A stretch of 8,237 nt of DNA from a virus. This document shows, one piece after another, positions 1 through 6,716 of the stretch (within the stretch, counting starts at the first letter, position 1; each line of letters starts with the position of its first letter). A program made the translations under genes and the position numbers. The stretch lies in the UHGV virus genome UHGV-0217139, one strand, 5' to 3'. Under the pieces are notes generated by a model. That model had not been told where the DNA came from and did no database searches. It worked only from the letters and a program-made list of their open reading frames with translations.

Positions 1-126
1 GGCATAACCTGAATCTGAGGCAGCACCTGGCACGGCTGGGACGGAAGTCGCTGTCGTTTTCAAAATCGGTGGAGCTGCATGACAAAGTCATCGGGCATTA
101 TCTGAACATAAAACACTATCAATAAG

Positions 127-615
127 TTGGAGTCATTACCGGAAATCTCAACATTTTCAACTGTAAGAAACTTGTCCCATAGTCCACATAAGCATGTCCT
201 CCCTTTTGGTTTTGTTCAATCTCCAATACTTGCAACCCTCTGCTTAGATAAAAGTTATTTTGGTAGCTTACTACGCCGATTGAACAAACATCATGATCTC
301 AAGCTAAGTGTGTTTATGGATGATGTGATCATCTCGTCAAACGATTTGGCCCAATTACAAGCGGCTTACGACGAAGCACTAGTGGCAATGCGCAAATCTG
401 GTTATCAAGCCAACATGAGTAAAACTCAGGCACCATCGTCAAAGATTAGCGTGTTTAATTTAACTTTGAGTAAGGGAGTTATGAAAGTCACATCTCAGAA
501 AATGAGTGACTTCCTGATTGATTTCTATTCAAGCAATTATGAGCCGCACAGAATAGGGGTCAAAAACTACGTCGAAGCTGTTAATCCAGGGCAAGCGAAA
601 CTCTTTAAGTTGTAA
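127..615 (+). CDS. Reverse-transcriptase-like palm-domain fragment (motifs B to E only), N-terminally truncated; possibly a pseudogene
   Basis: Translation contains LPFGFVQSPILATL (RT motif B-like, LPQG...SP.L), then ~20 aa later SVFMDDVIIS (motif C, YxDD-like with FMDD), then KSGYQANMSKTQ and FNLTLSKG (motif D/E-like G..N..KT and FLG). No motif A is present; the frame is closed by stops at 103-105 and 109-111 and the first possible start is TTG at 127 with no convincing RBS. Composition is visibly AT-richer than the P4 core. Confidence 0.5.
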   Translation: MESLPEISTFSTVRNLSHSPHKHVLPFGFVQSPILATLCLDKSYFGSLLRRLNKHHDLKLSVFMDDVIISSNDLAQLQAAYDEALVAMRKSGYQANMSKTQAPSSKISVFNLTLSKGVMKVTSQKMSDFLIDFYSSNYEPHRIGVKNYVEAVNPGQAKLFKL

Positions 616-880
616 TTGCGATCGCATGTAGTAGCAACTGGGCTTGACTGAATGCCTGCCGCCATTTTGCCGCCACTACCAAAGAAAAAAGGGCTACGCT
701 TTCACGTAACCCCTTGATTTATTTGGGGGCTGGCGGAGTTTGAATAAATAATGTATTGCTTTGATTTTTAATGATTTTGTTTAATTCAGTTTTTGTGCGT
801 ATACCTAATCGTATACCAATGGCTGTAAGTTAATGTGAAATGAAAGCGCATTTTTACTTGGATTGATGCTATATCGTACA

Positions 881-1187
881 GGAAAAAAATTTTTTTTCGA
901 AAGAACTGTTCACACTGTTCACCTTTCTTTTTTCTCCTTTTATTTCAGAGTGATAGGTGGTGAATAATGGGTGAAGGGTGAACATTCGATTCTTCACCTC
1001 CGGCATTCTGCCGGTGTGACTCATACCGGTGATTAATCCCCCATACTGAAATCACACAGGGAGAAAAAAAAGTTTTTTTTGATTTGATTGTTCACACTGT
1101 TCACCTTTCGTTTTTCTCTTTTAATTTCAGTGTGATAACGGGTGAATATACGGTGAAGGGTGAACAGTGGATTGTTCACCTTCGGGG
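881..1187. repeat. crr: P4-type cis replication region (crr): two ~125-bp direct repeats (881-1003 and 1061-1187) with type I iteron octamers
   Basis: The two units are highly similar and start 180 bp apart. Each begins with an A/T tract (A7T8 / A8GT8) and carries TGTTCACAC-TGTTCACC (907-923; 1089-1105), inverted GGTGAA-type copies (956-983; 1140-1166) and a further TTCTTCACC/TGTTCACC (990-998; 1173-1180). As I recall, P4 crr is two 120-bp repeats separated by 60 bp that bind alpha protein via TGTTCACC iterons. Position just 3' of alpha fits. Confidence 0.75.
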
Positions 1188-1195
1188 GATGTCGG

Positions 1196-1223
1196 GATAA
1201 AAAAAGACCGGCAGATGCCGGTC
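1196..1223 (-). terminator. Rho-independent terminator of the alpha operon
   Basis: Inverted repeat GACCGGCA/TGCCGGTC at 1206-1223 (GC-rich stem, short loop) followed on the minus strand by a run of 7 U (plus-strand A run 1199-1205), 8 nt downstream of the alpha stop codon. Confidence 0.7.
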
Positions 1224-1230
1224 AGGTGGG

Positions 1231-3564
1231 TCAGGCTGTTGTAGGGTCGTCACATTTTGGCAGCCAGTCGCCGTAGCTTTCCTCTTTCAGCGTCAGGTTG
1301 GTCTGTATCCCCTGTTTGGTATGGCGCTTCTCGTAATTCAGCCCGTATTCCTTCAGCATCACCGGCAGCCCCAGCCCGAACATTTTCAGACTGAGTACAT
1401 TCCGGTAGCCGTTTGCCTCCATGTAGGCCAGATAGGCGTGATAGAGGTATTTACGGTAATTACGCGGGATGATACTGGCGTTCCCCATATACATGCCGCT
1501 GGTCTGCGGCAGGGTTTCCAGATAGCCGATAAAATCAAACGTCGGGTCGGCATCCCGTTTGATGTTCAGCGCCTCGTCTGAGTTCTGCTGGGACTGAAGC
1601 AGTGACCGGGCGAGCATCGGGTCGCTGAACTTCTGCATCAGGTGACGCACGATGACCGCCAGCTCGCGGGTGATTTTGTCCTTAAGCTGCGGGTCGCGCT
1701 CCTGCGGGGCTATCTGTTCCGGGAAGTGAATAATCACCCGCCGGCGTGACACGCCGCCGCTGCGGTCGGTGAAGCGCATCGGGTTATTGTTCACGGCCAG
1801 AATCACCGCCGGGATATGCGTGGAGTACGCATCCCGGTATTTCGGATCCACGGACACCGCATCGCCGCCGGTGATGGCCTTGAGTCCGGCACCGTCGCCG
1901 CTCCATTTTTCCTGGTCCGGCAGGCGTATCAGTGAGAAGCCAGTTAACGCGGCACGTTCACGCGGGGATTCCAGCGTCTCAATGGTGGCCGACGTGGCGT
2001 TATCCTCCCCGGCCAGCAGGGTGGCTATTTCGGCCATGATACTTTTGCCGCTGCCGCCGGGACCGGTCACCTCCAGAAAGAGCTGCCAGTCGTAGCGGTT
2101 TGCCAGCACCATAAACAGTGCGGCCAGAATCACGTCGCGTTTTTCCGCACGGCCACCGGCGGCACGGTCAAGCCAGCGCCAGAACGCGGGGGCGTGGGTT
2201 TCCAGCGTTTCCCCTTCCACCGGCGGGGTGAAATCCACATCGCACAGGGTACGCATCCAGTGTGACGGACTGTGCGGGTGGAACGTGCCGTTCTGCGTGT
2301 CGAGCACGCCGTTACGAAAGCCAATCAGGCAGCGGGAGGGGGCTTCCTGCTGCGGAATAATCAGCTTCAGGGTGTCCACCACGGAGGCCACCTTCCCGGA
2401 GGAGAACGGCGCGCGCAGCCGCTGAAACAGCCCGGCCACATCCCGGGCAAAGTCCTGTGGTGGCAGCACCTTCCAGACACCATTTTCATAACGGGACAGA
2501 AGCTGGCCGTTGGCATCGACCGCGAGCGCCTCGCCGTAATGCTCATAGATACGCATGGCCTTTTCGCTGGTACTCATGGCGGAAAACTCCGCTTCGCTCA
2601 TGGTGTCGAACGGGCTTTCAGCCGGTGGCCGGATGGCATCATAAATGGCCTTACGGGTGGCTTCCCCGCCGTACTGCGTGAAGGCATCATTCCAGTCACC
2701 GAAGACCGGCGGCAGGGCAACAACACCTTCACACGCATCTGCGGCTGCGGCGGCTTTTTTCTGGCCGTCACCGCTGAGGTCACGGTCAGCAGCAAGGACT
2801 ATCTGACAGGCCGGATGCTTCTGCCGGGCAAGGCTGGCCAGAGAAAGGAGGTTCACGGAAGAAAGCGCCACCATCACCGTTTCACCGGTCAGGTGATGTA
2901 CGGTAAGTGCGGTCGCGTATCCCTCCGCTATCCACAGACGTTTTCCGGCCTGATTCTGTCCTTCAAGGATGTGACAGGTGCCCCTGACCTGTCCGCCTTT
3001 CAGGGTGCGCTTACGGCCGTCAGCACTGATTAACTGAAGGTTAACCAGTGCGCCGCTGTCGTCATACAGTGGCACCACAAGGTCACCGGCGCGCCAGCTC
3101 ACGCCACCGGCTCTGTGTGTGCCGGTCAGCATCCGGCATTCCCGGCCGGGAAAGCCCTTGCGGGTCAGGTAGGCGTTACCGGTTCCGGGACGGGTTTTTG
3201 CCATCAGGGTTTGTGCCAGTGCGGCGGCGTTCTTCCGGGCAGCGTCTGTTTCAGCAACGGCGGCGGCCGTCACTGCCGGGTCAGCCGGGGGCAGACTGCC
3301 GGTCACGGCAGCCACCTTTGCGGCCGCGTCGGACGGGGAGACACCAAACACCTTTTCAACCAGTTTCAGGCCGTCACCGGCACCACACTGATTGCAGTAC
3401 CAGGTGCCGCGCCCCTCCCTGTCATCAAAACGGAAGCGGTCACTCCCGCCACAGACCGGACAGGGCTGATGACGGTTCTTCAGCACCTGAATCCCCAGCG
3501 CCGGGAGAATACGCGGCCAGTGGCCGAGCGCATGGCTGACGGTGGCGGTTACGTTCATTTTCAT
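1231..3564 (-). CDS. alpha: P4 alpha-type bifunctional DNA primase / helicase (replication initiator)
   Basis: 777-aa ORF. N-terminal zinc-binding primase motif CPVCGGSDRFRFDD...WYCNQCG and Walker A GPGGSGKS in the C-terminal half. RBS AAGGAGA 8 nt upstream of ATG. Length equals P4 alpha as I recall it (777 aa). Followed by crr iterons. Confidence 0.9.
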   Translation of the reverse strand: MKMNVTATVSHALGHWPRILPALGIQVLKNRHQPCPVCGGSDRFRFDDREGRGTWYCNQCGAGDGLKLVEKVFGVSPSDAAAKVAAVTGSLPPADPAVTAAAVAETDAARKNAAALAQTLMAKTRPGTGNAYLTRKGFPGRECRMLTGTHRAGGVSWRAGDLVVPLYDDSGALVNLQLISADGRKRTLKGGQVRGTCHILEGQNQAGKRLWIAEGYATALTVHHLTGETVMVALSSVNLLSLASLARQKHPACQIVLAADRDLSGDGQKKAAAAADACEGVVALPPVFGDWNDAFTQYGGEATRKAIYDAIRPPAESPFDTMSEAEFSAMSTSEKAMRIYEHYGEALAVDANGQLLSRYENGVWKVLPPQDFARDVAGLFQRLRAPFSSGKVASVVDTLKLIIPQQEAPSRCLIGFRNGVLDTQNGTFHPHSPSHWMRTLCDVDFTPPVEGETLETHAPAFWRWLDRAAGGRAEKRDVILAALFMVLANRYDWQLFLEVTGPGGSGKSIMAEIATLLAGEDNATSATIETLESPRERAALTGFSLIRLPDQEKWSGDGAGLKAITGGDAVSVDPKYRDAYSTHIPAVILAVNNNPMRFTDRSGGVSRRRVIIHFPEQIAPQERDPQLKDKITRELAVIVRHLMQKFSDPMLARSLLQSQQNSDEALNIKRDADPTFDFIGYLETLPQTSGMYMGNASIIPRNYRKYLYHAYLAYMEANGYRNVLSLKMFGLGLPVMLKEYGLNYEKRHTKQGIQTNLTLKEESYGDWLPKCDDPTTA

Positions 3565-3578
3565 GGTGTTGTTCTCCT

Positions 3579-3899
3579 TCAGTGCAGTACCGGCGCTTTT
3601 ATGTGACGGGCACAGAGTTCATCCATCACAACCAGCCCGAGAAAGGACAGCGACGGCGCGGCCTTCAGGGGGCCGGATTCCATTAAATCTTCCAGCAGGG
3701 CACAGGCTATCTGACGCCCTTTTTCCTCACCGTGCTGGCGCAGATAAAAGCCCTCCAGCTCAGCGGCGATGGCCGCCTCCAGTGATTCAAGGGTGAGATG
3801 CGGGTAGCGGTGCTGACGTTCGCACACGGTCAGCCAGGCACAGGCGACAGCACGACGGTAAAGGGCTGCGCGTAAGACGGGCGGTAAGGGTGTTTTCAT
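3579..3899 (-). CDS. P4 orf106-like small protein of the left operon (function unknown)
   Basis: 106-aa ORF directly upstream of alpha on the same strand; RBS GGGAGGA 6 nt before ATG; stop 15 nt before alpha start. Length and position match P4 orf106 as recalled. Confidence 0.6.
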
Positions 3900-4034
3900 T
3901 TGCTTTCCTCCCTGTGACAGATGACTGCATTCCGTGCCGGTTGCATTAACTGATAAGGCATATCTGCGTCTCCTGAAGACGTGCGTATCCCTGCGCGAAT
4001 ACGCACATTTAATTTTTCGGGTGTCGTTTTTTAA

Positions 4035-4490
4035 TTACAGATAATTGCGGTAACTGTTATCCGGGGTGATTTCCGGGTCAGGCTCCGTGCGGGGAATTTC
4101 CCGCCATTCCCGCGCCACCGGTGCCGCCCGGCTGACCGGAACAGGGTCCTGCGGGTAAATATCCAGATATTTCTCCCGCCATTTCTGTAATTCCGGGTCT
4201 CCGGCCATTTCTTTCAGTACCGCATGCCGGTTTACGGGGCTGCGTTTAAACAGGTCAGGACGGTCACAGGTAAATTCCCGCAGAAAACGCCCCAGCGGGA
4301 TGTCTGTGGTGCGCCCGTCGGCGAGGATACGCACAAGGATACTGAATTTACGGCGGTACGGGTTCCAGACAATGTCCGGGCAGCGGTACGGCATTTCCCA
4401 CGGAATACCGTCTTCCAGAATGCCGACCACGGCCACATCGGGAAAACCGGCAGAACGGTAAATCTCACCGGGCTGGGGAAAATCAAACAT
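4035..4490 (-). CDS. P4 orf151-like protein (function unknown)
   Basis: 151-aa ORF; its ATG overlaps the epsilon stop by 8 nt (operon coupling). Length and position match P4 orf151 as recalled. Confidence 0.6.
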   Translation of the reverse strand: MFDFPQPGEIYRSAGFPDVAVVGILEDGIPWEMPYRCPDIVWNPYRRKFSILVRILADGRTTDIPLGRFLREFTCDRPDLFKRSPVNRHAVLKEMAGDPELQKWREKYLDIYPQDPVPVSRAAPVAREWREIPRTEPDPEITPDNSYRNYL

Positions 4491-4770
4491 GCGTCCTGTC
4501 TCCCCGGTCTTTCTGCTGGGCGAGAAAATCGCGGCACAGGCCTTTGGCTTTCAGCTCATTCAGCACAAAATCAATATCTTCATTCAGGTAGCTGAAAATA
4601 TGCGGAATGTAGAGCTGATGCAGGCCGGAGAGTTCACGGTGAATCAAATCACCCCCAACAAACTGGGATACGGCGCTGGCGCGGTTGAGCTTATGGTAAG
4701 CCTCAATGCTGAGGTGTTCACAGGCGTCATGACGCGCTGAGACGGTCTGAGGGGCTTTTTTATTACGCAC
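4483..4770 (-). CDS. epsilon: P4 epsilon-like protein (helper-prophage derepression), GTG start
   Basis: The track gives a 175-aa ORF, but the in-frame GTG at 4770 has a GGAGG RBS 6 nt upstream and yields exactly 95 aa, the size I recall for P4 epsilon. The upstream in-frame part overlaps kil/eta in another frame. Confidence 0.55.
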   Translation of the reverse strand: MRNKKAPQTVSARHDACEHLSIEAYHKLNRASAVSQFVGGDLIHRELSGLHQLYIPHIFSYLNEDIDFVLNELKAKGLCRDFLAQQKDRGDRTHV

Positions 4771-4960
4771 GGGACACCTCCACCACCGGCAGACGGGCAG
4801 CAAGGGAGAGCACATAGTCACGGACAAAGGAACGGCGGGCACTGCGTTCATCACCGGCGACGGTGCGAAGCATACAGATACGGGGATGACGGTCTGCGCG
4901 ACGGACAGCCGCAAACACAAAGACAAATTCAGGGTGTGAGGGGGTAAGGGTTGTAGCCAT
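4763..4960 (-). CDS. kil: P4 kil-like 65-aa protein (C-terminal in-frame part of eta)
   Basis: ATG at 4960 preceded by a strong RBS AAGGAGG (7-nt spacer); 65 codons to stop at 4763-4765; overlaps the epsilon start by 8 nt. P4 kil is described as a 65-aa product forming the terminal part of the eta ORF. Confidence 0.6.
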   Translation of the reverse strand: MATTLTPSHPEFVFVFAAVRRADRHPRICMLRTVAGDERSARRSFVRDYVLSLAARLPVVEVSRA

Positions 4961-5338
4961 AAGGCAGCCTCCTTCGAGTAGCAAATAACTGCTATCGCCG
5001 GAGTTCTCACGCTCGATGGCGATAGCCCAGACGGGGGTGAGAATACCGGCCTCGAAGAATACCGGCCAGCCCGGAGGCTGCCCCGCCTGAGCTACCATTG
5101 ACTCAGTGGCATAACATGCGATTGCGAACAGGATCATACCTGCACGGCAAACCACACGCCACACCATAATCTGGCGCTCTGTGGCGTTGATTGCGACACA
5201 AAAAAAGACGCATGGCGCGTCATATGTCGCCTTCGAGTTACACGGGTTCTCACGCCCGGCTGCCGATTTTGCGGCAACGGAAAGACTATATCCGCAAATG
5301 CCGGTCTGAGGATGAGTCTCCTGTGTCAGGGCTGGCAC
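4763..5338 (-). CDS. eta: P4 eta-like ORF (long form containing kil in frame)
   Basis: 191-aa ORF in the same frame as and ending at the same stop as kil; P4 eta is recalled as ~197-199 aa, starting upstream of the early promoter. The start codon is uncertain. Confidence 0.4.
   Translation of the reverse strand: MPALTQETHPQTGICGYSLSVAAKSAAGRENPCNSKATYDAPCVFFCVAINATERQIMVWRVVCRAGMILFAIACYATESMVAQAGQPPGWPVFFEAGILTPVWAIAIERENSGDSSYLLLEGGCLMATTLTPSHPEFVFVFAAVRRADRHPRICMLRTVAGDERSARRSFVRDYVLSLAARLPVVEVSRA
4990..5300 (-). promoter_or_regulatory. P4-type immunity / early-left leader region (candidate P_LE, seqA/seqB/seqC-like motifs, CI RNA locus); boundaries unresolved
   Basis: Exact 10-mer GTTCTCACGC occurs twice (5003-5012 and 5246-5255), with a partly complementary GGGGGTGAGAATACCGG at 5033-5049. 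Hairpin GCTATCGCC(4991-4999)/GGCGATAGC(5018-5026) encloses the first copy in its loop. An 11-bp direct repeat GAATACCGGCC lies at 5041-5051 and 5057-5067. A -10-like TATAGT sits on the minus strand at 5285-5290. The pattern fits the P4 CI-RNA antisense immunity arrangement, but I cannot place the RNA ends. Confidence 0.35.
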
Positions 5339-5339
5339 A
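5322..5339 (+). promoter_or_regulatory. Delta/Ogr-type activator site (TGT-N12-ACA) at about -55 of the sid late promoter
   Basis: TGTgtcagggctggcACA; the dyad centre is ~82 bp upstream of the sid ATG, consistent with a transcription start near 5385 and a ~27-nt leader. P2/P4 late promoters carry TGT-N12-ACA centred near -55. Confidence 0.55.
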
Positions 5340-5359
5340 TCTGCAATGCGTCGTGTTGT

Positions 5360-5377
5360 TGTCCGGTGTACGTCACA
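5360..5377 (+). promoter_or_regulatory. Second TGT-N12-ACA dyad, ~38 bp downstream of the first (possible promoter-proximal Delta site)
   Basis: TGTccggtgtacgtcACA; centre ~17 bp upstream of the start predicted from the first dyad. I recall P4 Psid having a second Delta site near -18, but this is from memory. Confidence 0.4.
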
Positions 5378-5411
5378 ATTTTCTTAACCTGAAGTGACGA
5401 GGAGCCGGAAA

Positions 5412-6146
5412 ATGTCTGACAACACCATCCCTGAATATCTGCAACCCGCACTGGCACAACTGGAAAAGGCCAGAGCCGCCCACCTTGAGAACGCCCGACT
5501 GATGGATGAGACCGTCACGGCCATTGAACGGGCAGAGCAGGAAAAAAATGCGCTGGCGCAGGCCGACGGAAATGACGCTGATGACTGGCGCACAGCCTTT
5601 CGTGCAGCCGGTGGTGTCCTGAGCGACGAGCTGAAACAGCGCCACATTGAGCGCGTGGCACGCCGGGAGCTGGTACAGGAATATGACAATCTGGCCGTGG
5701 TGCTGAATTTTGAACGTGAACGCCTGAAAGGGGCGTGTGACAGCACGGCCACCGCCTACCGGAAGGCACATCATCACCTTCTGAGTCTGTATGCAGAGCA
5801 TGAGCTGGAACACGCCCTGAATGAAACCTGTGAGGCGCTTGTCCGGGCAATGCATCTGAGCATTCTGGTACAGGAAAATCCGCTCGCCAACACCACCGGC
5901 CATCAGGGCTACGTCGCACCCGATAAGGCTGTCATGCAGCAGGTGAAATCATCGCTGGAACAGAAAATTAAACAGATGCAAATCAGCCTCAGCGGCGAGC
6001 CGGTTCTCCGGCTGACCGGACTGTCAGCGGCAACACTTCCGCACATGGATTATGAGGTGGCAGGCACACCGGCACAGCGCAAGGTGTGGCAGGACAAAAT
6101 AGACCAGCAGGGAGCAGAGCTTAAGGCCAGAGGACTGCTGTCATGA
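5412..6146 (+). CDS. sid: P4 Sid external scaffold (capsid size determination) protein
   Basis: 244 aa from ATG 5412 with RBS GAGGAG upstream (the track ORF begins at an upstream GTG, giving 250 aa). N-terminus MSDNTIPEYLQPALAQLEKARAAHLENARLMDETV matches P4 Sid as recalled; coiled-coil-like composition; stop overlaps the delta start (ATGA). Confidence 0.85.
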   Translation: MSDNTIPEYLQPALAQLEKARAAHLENARLMDETVTAIERAEQEKNALAQADGNDADDWRTAFRAAGGVLSDELKQRHIERVARRELVQEYDNLAVVLNFERERLKGACDSTATAYRKAHHHLLSLYAEHELEHALNETCEALVRAMHLSILVQENPLANTTGHQGYVAPDKAVMQQVKSSLEQKIKQMQISLSGEPVLRLTGLSAATLPHMDYEVAGTPAQRKVWQDKIDQQGAELKARGLLS

Positions 6147-6643
6147 TTTACTGCCCGTCGTGTGGACATGTTGCTCACACCCGCCGCGCACATTTCATGG
6201 ACGATGGCACCAAGATAATGATTGCACAGTGCCGGAATATTTATTGCTCTGCGACATTTGAAGCGAGTGAAAGCTTTTTCTCTGACAGTAAAGATTCAGG
6301 AATGGAATACATTTCAGGCAAACAGAGATACCGCGATTCACTGACGTCAGCCTCCGGCAGTATGAAACGCCCGAAAAGAATGCTTGTTACCGGATATTGT
6401 TGTCGGAGATGTAAAGGCCTTGCACTGTCAAGAACATCGCGGCGTCTGTCTCAGGAAGTCACCGAGCGTTTTTATGTGTGCACGGATCCGGGCTGTGGTC
6501 TGGTGTTTAAAACGCTTCAGACCATCAACCGCTTCATTGTCCGCCCGGTCACACCGGACGAACTGGCAGAACGCCTGCATGAAAAACAGGAACTGCCGCC
6601 AGTACGGTTAAAAACACAATCATATTCGCTGCGTCTGGAATGA
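6143..6643 (+). CDS. delta: P4 Delta late-gene transcriptional activator (tandem Ogr-like zinc finger)
   Basis: 166 aa; two Cys4 zinc-finger modules (CPSCGH...CRNIYC and CRRCKG...CTDPGCG); translationally coupled to sid; same length as P4 delta as recalled. Confidence 0.85.
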   Translation: MIYCPSCGHVAHTRRAHFMDDGTKIMIAQCRNIYCSATFEASESFFSDSKDSGMEYISGKQRYRDSLTSASGSMKRPKRMLVTGYCCRRCKGLALSRTSRRLSQEVTERFYVCTDPGCGLVFKTLQTINRFIVRPVTPDELAERLHEKQELPPVRLKTQSYSLRLE

Positions 6644-6716
6644 GGGCTGCCGGTTAACACCGGCCGTCGCCGCACACCGTATTTTTATTCTTCAGCATGA
6701 TGAGAAAGAGATAACG

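Noticed and set aside
617-624. GCGATCGC octamer (the cyanobacterial HIP1 palindrome) just after the RT-like ORF
   Set aside because: A single occurrence in 8 kb is compatible with chance and is not evidence of cyanobacterial origin.
616-880. Search for a tRNA gene or tRNA 3'-end att core marking the element boundary
   Set aside because: No convincing tRNA-like T-arm/acceptor (GGTTCGAATCC...CCA) was visible by eye; the boundary near 880 is inferred only from the composition change and loss of P4 synteny.
881-1187. Possible CRISPR array, because of the direct repeats
   Set aside because: Only two long (~125 bp) units with internal short iterons, not a series of 25-40 bp repeats separated by unique spacers; far better explained as crr.
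1321-3606. Several plus-strand ORFs (1321-1581, 1769-2095, 2228-2425, 2272-3033, 2457-2681, 3048-3539, 3115-3606) and small minus-strand ORFs (2130-2324, 2598-2795) inside the alpha gene
   Set aside because: They lie wholly within the 777-aa alpha coding region on the opposite strand or in other frames, are Arg/Pro/Gly-rich as expected of GC-rich shadow frames, and lack RBSs.
3542-3796. Plus-strand ORF 3542-3796 (84 aa)
   Set aside because: Antisense to orf106 and the alpha start region; Arg/Pro-rich shadow frame.
4224-4740. ORFs 4224-4595 (+), 4232-4537 (-) and 4489-4740 (+) overlapping orf151 and epsilon
   Set aside because: Alternative-frame or antisense ORFs inside genes better explained by P4 synteny; no independent support.
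4483-5010. The 175-aa reading of the epsilon region as one long gene
   Set aside because: The upstream part overlaps kil/eta in another frame and has no RBS; the internal GTG with GGAGG RBS gives the expected 95-aa epsilon.
5373-5919. Minus-strand ORFs 5373-5903, 5384-5752 and 5515-5919 overlapping sid
   Set aside because: Antisense shadow ORFs of the well-supported sid gene; low-complexity Arg/Ser/Ala-rich translations.
6384-6611. Plus-strand ORF 6384-6611 (75 aa) inside delta
   Set aside because: Alternative frame within the well-supported delta gene.
6649-6664. Hairpin GCCGGT-TAAC-ACCGGC between delta and psu as a terminator
   Set aside because: Short stem and the nearest T-run is about 15 nt downstream, and psu is co-transcribed with delta in P4; at most a weak attenuator.
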